Below are positions 37,186 through 46,698 of a DNA stretch of 64,000 bases, one piece after another (the first letter of the stretch is position 1; each line of letters opens with the position of its first letter). Location: NCBI GenBank assembly GCA_037439525.1, contig JBBIVW010000008.1, forward strand, positions 884-64,883. Direction: 5' to 3'. Origin of the DNA: Anaerolineae bacterium. GTDB taxonomy: Bacteria > Chloroflexota > Anaerolineae > Anaerolineales > UBA4823. Under the pieces are notes generated by a model. That model was given only the letters and a program-made list of their open reading frames with translations. It was not told the origin of the DNA and searched no databases. The position numbers were made by a program, and so were the translations under genes.

Positions 37186-38544
37186 ATGTCCGATTCCCAT
37201 TCCATAGCATCCCAACCTCTCACGCTCAATCAGGTCTTTTCCACCTGGTGGCCATTAGCCGCAAGCTGGCTGCTCATGGGCATGGAGGCGCCCCTGCTCA
37301 GTGCCTTTGTCGCCCGCCTGGCAGAGGCAAAAATCCACCTGGCGGCGTACAGCGGTGTGGTTTTTCCCCTGGCGTTGATCATCGAATCACCGATCATCAT
37401 GCTTCTAGCGGCTTCCACAGCCTTGAGCAAAGATTGGGACTCCTACGCCAAAGTGCGCACCTATATGATGTGGGCTGGGGGCTTGCTCACCCTGCTGCAC
37501 CTTTTGCTGGCATTTACCCCGCTATACGACGCCATTGTTGTACGTTTAATGCGTCCACCTGTAGAAATCATCGAGCCCGCGCGCCTGGGTTTGAAAGTCA
37601 TGCTTCCCTGGACCTGGTCGATTGCCTATCGCCGCTTTAACCAAGGGGTGTTGATCCGCTTTGGCCACTCCAGAAGCGTGGGAGTTGGAACGATCATTCG
37701 CCTGCTTGCGGATGTGCTCGTGCTCACCATCGGATTCGTCATGGGTAACCTGCCCGGCATTCTTGTCGCCACCAGCGCGGTAGCCATGGGGGTGATGAGC
37801 GAGGCGCTGTATGTCGGGATCATCGTACGTCCAGTGATCCGCAATGAGCTGCGCTTCGCCCCCAAGGTCGAACCCGCATTGACCTGGAAAGCGTTTACGG
37901 CTTTCTATCTGCCTTTGGTGATGACCTCATTGCTCACGCTTCTGGCAAACCCCATTGGCAGCGCGGCGATCAGCCGAATGCCCGATGCGCTCAACTCTTT
38001 GGCCGTCTGGTTGGTGCTCACCGGCTTGGTATTCATGACGCGTAGCCTGGGCATCGCCTACAACGAAGTAGTCGTCGCTTTATTGGATCAACCCCTGTCC
38101 TCCCAAAGCCTGCGCAGGTTTTCTGCCTTGTTGTCATCTGCTACCACGTTACTGCTCCTGCTCATCGCCGCTACTCCTCTTTCCGAATTATGGTTTGCGC
38201 GCTTTTCTGGGCTGCCTGCGGAGCTTGTGCTCATGGCAAAACAAGGCATCTGGTACGCCCTGCCGCTGCCGGCATTGAGTGTGCTTCAAAGCTGGTACCA
38301 GGGAAGCATCCTGTATGGCAAACAAACCAAAGGGATCACCGAGTCTGTGGTCATTTATCTCCTCACCAGCATTGTGGTGTTGGGGATGGGCATCCTTTGG
38401 GGAAAAACCGCCGGGCTATATATCGGCATGGCCGCACTGAGCATCAGCGTATTCATTCAAACGCTCTGGCTGGCTTATCGCAGCCAAGCGATTCGACGCG
38501 CGGTAAGTTTGCGCGATGCCCGCTGGTCCACGCCACCCCTATAA
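37186..38544 (+). CDS. polytopic membrane protein, MATE/MOP-superfamily-like transporter
   Basis: About 12 predicted hydrophobic helices. The N-terminal pattern WPLAASWLLMGMEAPLLSAFVARLAEAKIHLAAY is MATE-like. First ATG at 37186. Confidence 0.55.
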   Translation: MSDSHSIASQPLTLNQVFSTWWPLAASWLLMGMEAPLLSAFVARLAEAKIHLAAYSGVVFPLALIIESPIIMLLAASTALSKDWDSYAKVRTYMMWAGGLLTLLHLLLAFTPLYDAIVVRLMRPPVEIIEPARLGLKVMLPWTWSIAYRRFNQGVLIRFGHSRSVGVGTIIRLLADVLVLTIGFVMGNLPGILVATSAVAMGVMSEALYVGIIVRPVIRNELRFAPKVEPALTWKAFTAFYLPLVMTSLLTLLANPIGSAAISRMPDALNSLAVWLVLTGLVFMTRSLGIAYNEVVVALLDQPLSSQSLRRFSALLSSATTLLLLLIAATPLSELWFARFSGLPAELVLMAKQGIWYALPLPALSVLQSWYQGSILYGKQTKGITESVVIYLLTSIVVLGMGILWGKTAGLYIGMAALSISVFIQTLWLAYRSQAIRRAVSLRDARWSTPPL

Positions 38545-38608
38545 AAAGATCAGGTGAGAATCAGCTCCGGAGGTCGAGGTAGAAGGTTTATCCATTGCAC
38601 TTCAAGGC

Positions 38609-39229
38609 TTGAGCTTAGGGCTGGCAGCCGCGATCACTCCCGGGGCGTTCCAGAGCTATCTGATCACTCAATCATTGATGGGAGGCTGGAGACGCGGTTT
38701 GCCAGTAGTGCTTTCCCCTTTGATCAGCGACCCACCGATCGTCATCGCGATTCTTCTACTGCTCAATAAGCTGCCAGCACACTTTCTGAATGCCATCAGC
38801 CTGTTGGGCGGAGGTTTCGCTCTGTACCTCGCCTGGGGCTTTTGGAAGCACTGGAGGCAAGCCTCAAAAGTGCCTGCCGAACAACACCCCACGCTCGGCC
38901 GAACGGCAGACCCAGCTTCCGGAAGTTGGTCCATCTTGCGACGCGGGGTACTGATGAACCTGCTCAGCCCTGGAGTGTACACCTTTTGGGTATTCGTGTT
39001 AGGTCCGCTTTTTCTACAAGCCCTGCAACACTCGCTGATATCCGGATGCGTCTTTCTGCTTTGCTTTTATGGCGCTTTCGTGGGTGGAATGGCGTTGCTC
39101 GTCGGCATGTTCCATCAGGCGCGGCGGCTTGGCTGGCAAACGGTGCGCGCCTTAACACTGATAAGCTTGATGATTTTGACCATCTTTGGTATGCTTTTGC
39201 TCTGGCGTGGTGCGCACCTGGTCATCTAG
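38609..39229 (+). CDS. LysE/RhtB-family amino-acid exporter
   Basis: GLSLGLAAAITPGAFQ plus six hydrophobic helices. The annotated TTG start looks N-terminally short. The frame is open from 38558, but no ATG, GTG or TTG lies upstream. Confidence 0.7.
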   Translation: MSLGLAAAITPGAFQSYLITQSLMGGWRRGLPVVLSPLISDPPIVIAILLLLNKLPAHFLNAISLLGGGFALYLAWGFWKHWRQASKVPAEQHPTLGRTADPASGSWSILRRGVLMNLLSPGVYTFWVFVLGPLFLQALQHSLISGCVFLLCFYGAFVGGMALLVGMFHQARRLGWQTVRALTLISLMILTIFGMLLLWRGAHLVI

Positions 39230-39388
39230 GCGCAGTAAATCCTGCACAACGCCGAACCTGCTCATAGCTACCACAACCTTGTCAAGCAGTAAAAGACATC
39301 GAGCAGGCTACAAGGGCATCCCCAGTAATGATCCCTTGCCCTCCACGCCATATGCCATTTGGCTGGTACTGCCCAGGGAAAGGACGCG

Positions 39389-41449
39389 ATGACAACCATA
39401 GGACTTGCGGATATCGATTGGATCGAAGTTGCAAAACTGGTCTTGCTGTCCAGGGAGTTGGACTTACTCGAGGTCAATCGCCTCACCCCAGAAGGAAAGG
39501 TGAAATATCAATTCTCTGCTGGGGGTCACGAACTCATCCAGGTGCTCTTGAGCAAGGCGCTCACCCACCCTCACGATGGGGCTACCGTGTATTATCGATC
39601 GCGCCCCTTTATGTTGGCAAGTGGCTTGACTCCCGAAGAAGCTCTGGCAGCCAATATGGCGAAGACGAATAGCCCTTCGGAAGGGTTGGACGCCGGGGTG
39701 ATGTTCAATCTGCCGCGTCGCCATGGACCTACCGTGCTACCCACCTCTGGCGACGTAGGCGCGCAATACACGCCGGCAGTCGGCTGGGCACAGGCAATCC
39801 GCTATCGAGAGCATGTGCTGGGCGAGAGCGAGTGGACGGGAGCCATGGCTGCGGCATGCGGCGGAGACGGTAGCGTTGCCGCGAATGGCTTTTGGTCCGC
39901 GTTGAACATCGCCACCACCCTGAAGTTGCCCTTGCTCTTTTTCATCGAAGACAATCGCTATGGATTATCCGTACCAGCCAGCTTACAAACCCCTGGTGGG
40001 GAAATTAGCGCCAATTTGAAAGCCTTTTGCAATCTCAAAGTGCTTACAGGGGATGGCACAAACCCGGCGCAAGCCTGGTCGCTGATTCAGGAAGCTGTCA
40101 GCCATGTACGTAGTGGAGCAGGTCCATGCCTGCTGCATTTCAAAATCGTGCGCCTGACAGGCCATACCTTTATCGACGATCAAGCATACAAAAGCGCGGA
40201 AATGATCGCCGAGGAACAGGCACGCGATCCCGTTCGCCGCTTACAAAACTTCCTCCAAGAGCAGGGATTTGATGAATCAGCCTGGGAGCAATGGCGCGAA
40301 GAAGCTCAAGCCCGCCTGGCTGCTGCTCTGGAAACCGTGGAGCACACCCCCGAACCCGAAATTTCCCGCGTGCGCCGATTTATATATTATGAAGGGGTTG
40401 CGCCTCTTCAGGGGGGCTTGTGCGCAGAGGGTATTCAGCCTATCCCTGGCAGCTCCCAGGCACAAAGCAGCGGCCCACGCGTGAACATGGTGGATGCCAT
40501 CCGTCGCACGCTGGAGAGCGAATTACACCGCAACAACCGTCTGCTCGTCTTCGGAGAGGATGTAGGGAAAAAAGGCGGCGTGCATGGCGCCACCCTGGAC
40601 TTGCAGAGGCGTTTCGGCGAAGAGCGCGTGTTCGACACCTCCCTTTCCGAAGAAGGCATCGTTGGCCGCTCGGTGGGTCTGGCATTGGCTGGCTTATTTC
40701 CCGTAGCAGAGATCCAGTTTCGAAAATATGCCGACCCGGCGCATGAACAAATCGACGATTTGGGGACGATCCGCTGGCGCACGGTGAACAAGTTTGCGGC
40801 TCCGGTGGTGGTGCGCATTCCTGTGGGTTTCGGCAAAGTCACCGGCGACCCATGGCACAGCGTGAATGGTGAAGCCATCTTCGCCCACCTCATCGGCTGG
40901 CGCATTGCCTTTCCAAGCAACGCGGCGGATGCCGCCGGGCTGCTACGCAGCGCCTTGCGCGGCGACGACCCCACCCTCTTTCTGGAACATCGCGCCTTGT
41001 TGGATACGGTGGAGGGGCGTCGCCCCTATCCGGGGGATGACTACTGCCTGCCGTTCGGGAAGGCTGCTCAACTTTTGGAAGGAGATGAGTTGTTGGTGAT
41101 CACCTGGGGAGCGATGGTGCCACGCTGCCTTGAAGCTGCGCAAAGTTTCGCCGGAAGGATCAGCCTATTGGACCTGCGCACGATTCTCCCATGGGACAAA
41201 GAGCTGGTCATCGAAAATGTGCATCGCACCGGCAAGGTACTCATCGTCCACGAAGACACGCGCACCGTGGGCTTTGGCAGCGAGATTGCCGCGACCATCG
41301 CCGAAGAAGCGTTTGAACATTTGGATGCCCCCATCCAGCGCCTGGCTCCTCCAGATGTGCCCACTCCATATAACCCCAACCTCATGGCGCATGTCATCCC
41401 ATCCGTTGAGCGCATCCGTACAGCCATGCAAGCATTACTCGAATACTGA
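39389..41449 (+). CDS. 2-oxoacid dehydrogenase E1 component, fused alpha+beta subunits
   Basis: ThDP motif CGGDGSVAANGFWSALN in the N-terminal half. The beta-subunit-like half contains VFGEDVGKKGGVHGAT and VVRIPVG. 686 aa from ATG 39389. Confidence 0.85.
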   Translation: MTTIGLADIDWIEVAKLVLLSRELDLLEVNRLTPEGKVKYQFSAGGHELIQVLLSKALTHPHDGATVYYRSRPFMLASGLTPEEALAANMAKTNSPSEGLDAGVMFNLPRRHGPTVLPTSGDVGAQYTPAVGWAQAIRYREHVLGESEWTGAMAAACGGDGSVAANGFWSALNIATTLKLPLLFFIEDNRYGLSVPASLQTPGGEISANLKAFCNLKVLTGDGTNPAQAWSLIQEAVSHVRSGAGPCLLHFKIVRLTGHTFIDDQAYKSAEMIAEEQARDPVRRLQNFLQEQGFDESAWEQWREEAQARLAAALETVEHTPEPEISRVRRFIYYEGVAPLQGGLCAEGIQPIPGSSQAQSSGPRVNMVDAIRRTLESELHRNNRLLVFGEDVGKKGGVHGATLDLQRRFGEERVFDTSLSEEGIVGRSVGLALAGLFPVAEIQFRKYADPAHEQIDDLGTIRWRTVNKFAAPVVVRIPVGFGKVTGDPWHSVNGEAIFAHLIGWRIAFPSNAADAAGLLRSALRGDDPTLFLEHRALLDTVEGRRPYPGDDYCLPFGKAAQLLEGDELLVITWGAMVPRCLEAAQSFAGRISLLDLRTILPWDKELVIENVHRTGKVLIVHEDTRTVGFGSEIAATIAEEAFEHLDAPIQRLAPPDVPTPYNPNLMAHVIPSVERIRTAMQALLEY

Positions 41450-41497
41450 CCCGTGCAACGATAACGATTCTCTTACTTCTCTTATATCCATTTCTTA

Positions 41498-41576
41498 TAC
41501 CTCCTCCTTAAAATCATCGCCAAAGTGATGAGAGAAGCAAAAGAAGGTATCTATTGGTACGGTTAAGGAGGTGGTA
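41498..41576 (+). promoter_or_regulatory. anti-SD/SD long-range helix in the hsp20 leader (candidate RNA thermometer)
   Basis: tacctcctccttaa (41498-41511) pairs with ttaaggaggtggta (41563-41576) at 13 of 14 positions, burying SD aaggagg. ATG is at 41579. Confidence 0.5.
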
Positions 41577-41578
41577 CG

Positions 41579-42106
41579 ATGTCTCGCATTGTGCGCTATG
41601 ACCCATTTTATCTCTGGAATATCTCTGACCTTTTCGATCGCTTCTTTGAGGAACGAATGACCCCAACATGGAGCAGATGGGCTCTTACTCCATGGCGCCC
41701 TTTGCTCGGTGAGCGCTTCTTCGACGACAATCTGGACATCGACGTTTACGAAGCAGACGATCAACTGGTGGTCGAAACCGCTTTACCAGGGGTAAAAGCT
41801 GAAGATGTGTACATCCTGGAGGAAAATGGCTATTTAACGATACGCGCCCACAGCCAGAAAGATGAGACGCGCCGTGAAAATGGCTGGCAATACTATCAAA
41901 GCCGCTATGGCGCCTGGCAGCGCACATTTCCCCTCCCGGTAGATGTGCGCGTGGATAAAGCAAAGGCTGAACTGCGCCATGGCTTGTTGAGGATTACCCT
42001 TCCAAAAGCGGAAACAGGGAAAAAAGGCAAGCGCATTAAAGTCAACGCCCCCAGATTGCACCTTCCGAAGATCGGGAACAAAAATAAACGCATCAAAGTC
42101 CGATAA
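41579..42106 (+). CDS. Hsp20/alpha-crystallin small heat-shock protein
   Basis: Alpha-crystallin domain DIDVYEADDQLVVETALPGVKAEDVYI...FPLPVDV...AELRHGLLRITLPK, with a Lys-rich tail. Confidence 0.9.
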   Translation: MSRIVRYDPFYLWNISDLFDRFFEERMTPTWSRWALTPWRPLLGERFFDDNLDIDVYEADDQLVVETALPGVKAEDVYILEENGYLTIRAHSQKDETRRENGWQYYQSRYGAWQRTFPLPVDVRVDKAKAELRHGLLRITLPKAETGKKGKRIKVNAPRLHLPKIGNKNKRIKVR

Positions 42107-42137
42107 GTCTCGTCCCTCAAGAAGCGTTTTCCCCATC

Positions 42138-42171
42138 AGGCACTGAAAAAGTTGTATTCAGTGCCTTTTTT
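42138..42171 (+). terminator. intrinsic terminator after hsp20
   Basis: aggcactgaa (42138-47) pairs with ttcagtgcct (42157-66), followed by a T-run. Confidence 0.85.
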
Positions 42172-42259
42172 CATGATGTCAAACGCACAGCCAGAAGCCA
42201 TCTATAAAATTATGCTGGAAAATAAACCGCCTCAGTTTCAAACTTCGATGGTTTATGGT

Positions 42260-42757
42260 CTAGCTTCGCGCGCCGGCCAATATCTCCTGGTACAGGTCTT
42301 CTGGGATTTGCACTGCAACCACCCGGCCACGTGCGGTGATCACACCATTTGCATATAGCTCCGCCTGGACGACCGCCTTCCTTCCCTTGACTTCCTCCGC
42401 GTGGGCGCGTATTTCCAACGGCACCCCCAATGGAGTGGGGCGCAAATAATCCACATGTAGCGAGGCGGTCACAAAGCGCAAAGGTGGATCGGAGTCCAAT
42501 GGGCGACCTTCCGCCTGATAAACCGCGGCCGCGGCGGTGCCCACAGAATGACAATCGATCAAAGAAGCGATAAGTCCGCCATAGACATACCCCGGCACAG
42601 CGATGTGATAAGGCTGTGGGGTAAAGCGGCACACCGCCTCTGTGCCGTCCCAAAAACTCTGAATGTGTAAGCCATGATCGTTCAGACGACCACAGCCATA
42701 ACAATAGCTCAACGCATCAGGATAGTATGCTTGGATGAAAGAGGTTGTGTCTGACAT
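42260..42757 (-). CDS. PaaI-family hotdog-fold thioesterase
   Basis: N-terminal YCYGCGRLNDHGLHIQ, then the typical GYVYGGLIASLIDC region. 165 aa. Confidence 0.7.
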   Translation of the reverse strand: MSDTTSFIQAYYPDALSYCYGCGRLNDHGLHIQSFWDGTEAVCRFTPQPYHIAVPGYVYGGLIASLIDCHSVGTAAAAVYQAEGRPLDSDPPLRFVTASLHVDYLRPTPLGVPLEIRAHAEEVKGRKAVVQAELYANGVITARGRVVAVQIPEDLYQEILAGARS

Positions 42758-42834
42758 GTTTTACTCCATGAGGATGAACGAGATGTGTACGAATCGATGC
42801 TTCTCCCGATCAGGTATTACGATTATGTCCGGTA

Positions 42835-43497
42835 TTAGGGCGAGATCAGCGCTTCCAATTCATCATAGCTCATGGCTTTATCCCCATGGCCCACATAGAT
42901 GTACCTCGGATGCAAAAGAGACAGGCGATGCACGCTGGAATACAACGCAGTCCAATCGCCAGCAAAATACCTTTGGACATGCGCCGTTCCATTGGTGGAC
43001 AATAAATCACCCACAAATGCCAGATGTTCATCGATGATTAGACAACTTGACCCAGGCGTATGTCCTGGGGTGTGGAGGCAATATGCGGGGAGCCCGTATG
43101 CGCTCAAGTCCATCCCATCTTCCATGAACACATCCGCCTCTAAAGCATATGCGCGCGAGAAGCGCTCCAACCATGAGGCAAACCTGTGCAAAATCTTGCC
43201 GCGCTTTTGTGGCGCCCCTAAAAAGATCGCACCACTCCTCAAGAGTTCTGCATCCGCAGCATGGATGGCCACCGGGGCTGCGGTGGCTTCACGCAAGGCA
43301 AGGGCATTCCCATAGTGATCGATATGCGCATGGGTGAGGAGGATCAAGCGCAACCTTTTTGGCGCGCATCGCTTTATGGCGCGTAAAACCATGGGGTGGG
43401 CTAGGGGGAAGCCACAATCTATTAGGTAAAGGTCGTGCGCGCCTTCGAGCAGGTAAGCATTCGCTAAAGGCAAACGCAATATGTGCACTTGTACCAT
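42835..43497 (-). CDS. MBL-fold metallo-hydrolase
   Basis: LTHAHIDHYG and TPGHTPGS motifs. 220 aa. Confidence 0.8.
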   Translation of the reverse strand: MVQVHILRLPLANAYLLEGAHDLYLIDCGFPLAHPMVLRAIKRCAPKRLRLILLTHAHIDHYGNALALREATAAPVAIHAADAELLRSGAIFLGAPQKRGKILHRFASWLERFSRAYALEADVFMEDGMDLSAYGLPAYCLHTPGHTPGSSCLIIDEHLAFVGDLLSTNGTAHVQRYFAGDWTALYSSVHRLSLLHPRYIYVGHGDKAMSYDELEALISP

Positions 43498-43506
43498 AGC
43501 GGCACA

Positions 43507-43818
43507 CTACTGCAAGCGCAGAAGCACTTTCCCTTCTCCCCACAATTCCTCCAGGCGATAATAGTTGCGCCGTTGTGGAGAGAATAGATGCACAATGATA
43601 TCGCCATAATCGATGAGAATCCAACCATCGCTCGGCAATCCTTCGACACGGGCGTGGAGCAAGAATTGGTCCTTCACGCGCTCCATGAGGTCATCTGCCA
43701 GCGCTTCTAACATGCGCTCGCTCGTGCCAGAGCAGATAACGAAAAAATCGGTAAAATCAGAGATTTCATGGATATCTAAAAGGAGGATGTCCTCACCCTT
43801 TTTCTCCTCCAGCATCAA
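43507..43818 (-). CDS. rsfS: ribosome silencing factor RsfS (the true start probably lies upstream of the annotated TTG/ATG)
   Basis: EEKKGEDILLLDI, FFVICSGTSERM, WILIDYGDIIVHLF and YYRLEELW. RsfS-like sequence continues in frame up to 43872. Confidence 0.85.
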   Translation of the reverse strand: MMLEEKKGEDILLLDIHEISDFTDFFVICSGTSERMLEALADDLMERVKDQFLLHARVEGLPSDGWILIDYGDIIVHLFSPQRRNYYRLEELWGEGKVLLRLQ

Positions 43819-43872
43819 TGATATTTTCCTGGCAAGTTCTATTTTTTCCAGATCGCACCTCGCAATTTCAAA

Positions 43873-44457
43873 TCAATGATTCATCAAATGGGCAGAAACG
43901 AGGCGCGTATAGCGCGCCCCAGAGGGTTGCAAGTCGCTACGGTATAAGTCCACATGTGCAACGTGCAAAGCCCCTATTGCGTCCACTTTCTCATGTGCCA
44001 GCACCTGACTAAGGCGATTATAATCCTGCGCACCAGCCTTATCCGTAACACGCCCTATAGTCAGGTGGGGGGAAAATTTCTTGTTTTCACGCGCAAATCC
44101 CAGTCGGGCAACTTCGTCTTCGATATCCTGTTGCAATGCAAACAACATCGAGGGGGCTTCAATGCCCACCCAAATCACGCGTGGTCGGTTGAGGTGGGGG
44201 AAAGCTCCCAAACCGCCCAACCGAATATCAAAACTTGCATGCCGCCCGGCTACGGTCTGCAAGAGGTCTTTTAACGCCTCTATGTCCGAAGGGCGTACAT
44301 TCCCCAGGAACTTCAACGTCAGGTGAACATTGCCAGGCGCTACCCAGCGCACGGGCGCATCTTTAAGTTCTGCCTTGAGCTGGGTGATCACTTCTTCCAG
44401 GCGCGTGGCAATCTCTGAAGACATGCTGAGCGCAATGAATGTACGTATGCCGTTCAC
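43873..44457 (-). CDS. thpR: RNA 2',3'-cyclic phosphodiesterase (ThpR/LigT, 2H family)
   Basis: Two HxT motifs, HLTLKF and HLTIGR. The longest ORF starts at GTG 44502. The internal GTG 44457 gives the usual (M)xxxRxFIAL N-terminus. Confidence 0.75.
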   Translation of the reverse strand: MNGIRTFIALSMSSEIATRLEEVITQLKAELKDAPVRWVAPGNVHLTLKFLGNVRPSDIEALKDLLQTVAGRHASFDIRLGGLGAFPHLNRPRVIWVGIEAPSMLFALQQDIEDEVARLGFARENKKFSPHLTIGRVTDKAGAQDYNRLSQVLAHEKVDAIGALHVAHVDLYRSDLQPSGARYTRLVSAHLMNH

Positions 44458-44731
44458 ACTACACTCCGCTTTCGACGTTCCAAACCAGGTGCTGCAGCTC
44501 ACTCACGAGTCGCAAAATGGGGCTGATGTCAACCAGAGGAATGCTTAACGGTCTCACTCGAAACTACACCAGATCAGTTTGCGTTTAGGAATTCTTGCAT
44601 GCCCGAACGATAGCACAACTTTCAGCCCAATGCAAGGGGAGGAGTACAGACATCATATAACCCGACCCATCTCAGGAACAAATCCTTTCACACATAGGAT
44701 TGCACTCCATGCCTCACAACGAGCACACGCG

Positions 44732-45334
44732 CTACGGCTTCTGACGCGCATAGTCCTGAGGGGTGTCTAGATCGGAAAGCACAGCCTCATCCTCAACATG
44801 CAGATAGTCGATATCCTGTGCGTGGCTATTGAGGAAGTCGCGCAAGTTTTGTGGAGGTTGCAGATGCAACAAATCATGCCAGAGCGAACGGTGTACCAGC
44901 CACGGATGACCGCGCCGCATGCGAAAGCTCGGCACCAGGATGGGTTTGCCAGATTGCCGAAAGGCTTCCATCAAATGCCGCACCAAAGCGGTATGGATTT
45001 GCGGTTGATCGCCCAAAGCGATGGCCAGCCCATCCGCTTCCTGGGGCAAAGCGCGCATCCCCACCTGCAGGGACAAAACCATCTCGTCTTGAAAATGCCA
45101 TGGGTTATACACCAACATAACAGAGAAGCCCTCCAAAGCTTTCTCTACCTGATGCCGATGAGCACCGGTGACCACTATAATGGGCGCGATGCCTGCTTGA
45201 TGCAGTACGCTGACCACCCGACCGATGACCGTGGTCTGCCCCCACGGCAGAACAAGCTTTGGCTGGCCCATCCGCCGTGAAGCTCCTGCAGCCAGGACGA
45301 TGCCCGCGATGTGAGGCTCAATTTGGCTCATCAT
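44732..45334 (-). CDS. mocA: MobA/MocA-like molybdenum cofactor nucleotidyltransferase
   Basis: GIVLAAGASRRMGQPKLVLPW and the DQP motif LGDQPQI. The start overlaps the upstream gene by 17 nt. Confidence 0.8.
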   Translation of the reverse strand: MMSQIEPHIAGIVLAAGASRRMGQPKLVLPWGQTTVIGRVVSVLHQAGIAPIIVVTGAHRHQVEKALEGFSVMLVYNPWHFQDEMVLSLQVGMRALPQEADGLAIALGDQPQIHTALVRHLMEAFRQSGKPILVPSFRMRRGHPWLVHRSLWHDLLHLQPPQNLRDFLNSHAQDIDYLHVEDEAVLSDLDTPQDYARQKP

Positions 45335-46697
45335 ACGCTACTTCCAGCAAGCGCTGATATTCTTCAGGCGTATCCACATCGATGTTCAGGCGCGAGTCGT
45401 TCCAGGGCACAAAGCTCAATGGATAATGGGAGAACAAAGCCCTGCCTCCCTGGTCTCCCTGAAGCTGGCGTAAATCCGAAAAAGTGCTTCGATCAAAGAG
45501 CACAGGATTGCCACGCGCACCCTGAACGAGAGGGGCAATAATGGGCGCCAAAGTGCAGGCATGCGCATCGAGCAGTGCATCGATGAGCTGTGCGGTGACC
45601 ATGGGCTGATCGGCAAGCAAGAAAACCGCCGCTCCGATATTATCCTGCAGTGCCTCCAAGCCGAGGCGAATTGATGTGCTCTGACCAGCTTGCCAGTCTG
45701 GATTGTATACATGCTGCACATCCAGCCCTAGCAGAGCTTGTGCCACCTCTTCTGAAGCGCAGCCGGTGACGACCACGAGACTCGCAAGGCGCGAGGCCCG
45801 CGCGGCTTCAGCGACGTGGCGCACCAGCGGTTTGCCCTGCCACAACAGCGTTTGCTTGGGCCTGCCCATGCGCGCCGAACCCCCCGCTGCCAGGAGAATG
45901 CCCGCCACCTTTTCGTGCACCTGTAGAACTTCGTCGGCGTTCTCACGTTCGGTCTTCAAGTCTGCAATGAGCGCCGCATCGAAGTGTTTCAATAGGGCAA
46001 AGCACATCTCTCGCGCTTGGGCTTGCAATGTGAGGTCACCTGCCTGATTGAAGAGCACGATGCGGCGCGCTTGTGGTGGGATCGCTTTCAACCCCCCTTC
46101 CGCATGGCTGAGGACACCCACCAAAGCCTCAGGGTTGATCGTATCTCCCATCCTCAAGCCGCTCAAGCGAGAAAACATTTCGGGGCGATGAACGAACTCT
46201 TCGTGCAGAGGCTTACCCAAGCCCCTCAAGCCAGCCAGAAGGATAACGACATCGATCCATGTGGGTATGGCCGGCTCATGTTCTGCCGGCGCTTTGAGCG
46301 GTTTGCGTCGTGCGCCATCCGCTTCAACAAGAAAAGGGAGGCTAAATTTCAAAGCCCAATCCCTGAGCTCCTGCAACACAGAGGGGGGCAAACCAGCCGC
46401 GCGTTGATCTTCTCCAACTTCACCAGTAAACAGCATCACCCCCATAGGAGGGTGACTGATCCAATCAGACAGATCCTCAAAGCGGCGCAAAATCTTGTAA
46501 TGGTCGCTCAAGGCTAATTGTTCTTGGCATAAATGCGTGCTGGCACTTAGTACCACCCCTGGAAAGGATCGAACGCCGGTTTCTGATTTACGGGTCAATT
46601 CCCGCGCCAGCCGGAACATTGCCGTTGTCTTTCCTCCCGCGCCGACAAATGCCATGCTTAACGGTTTCTCTACACGCAAAGCCTGGGCAAGGTTCAT
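45318..46697 (-). CDS. fusion of a YqeC-type selenium-dependent hydroxylase accessory domain and a MocA-like nucleotidyltransferase domain
   Basis: N-terminal P-loop-like FVGAGGKTTAMFRLAREL matches the YqeC family style. The C-terminal half has GILLAAGGSARMGRPKQTLLW and LADQPMV. ATG 46697 lies 1 nt beyond the upstream stop. Confidence 0.7.
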   Translation of the reverse strand: MNLAQALRVEKPLSMAFVGAGGKTTAMFRLARELTRKSETGVRSFPGVVLSASTHLCQEQLALSDHYKILRRFEDLSDWISHPPMGVMLFTGEVGEDQRAAGLPPSVLQELRDWALKFSLPFLVEADGARRKPLKAPAEHEPAIPTWIDVVILLAGLRGLGKPLHEEFVHRPEMFSRLSGLRMGDTINPEALVGVLSHAEGGLKAIPPQARRIVLFNQAGDLTLQAQAREMCFALLKHFDAALIADLKTERENADEVLQVHEKVAGILLAAGGSARMGRPKQTLLWQGKPLVRHVAEAARASRLASLVVVTGCASEEVAQALLGLDVQHVYNPDWQAGQSTSIRLGLEALQDNIGAAVFLLADQPMVTAQLIDALLDAHACTLAPIIAPLVQGARGNPVLFDRSTFSDLRQLQGDQGGRALFSHYPLSFVPWNDSRLNIDVDTPEEYQRLLEVAYDEPN

Positions 46698-46698
46698 G

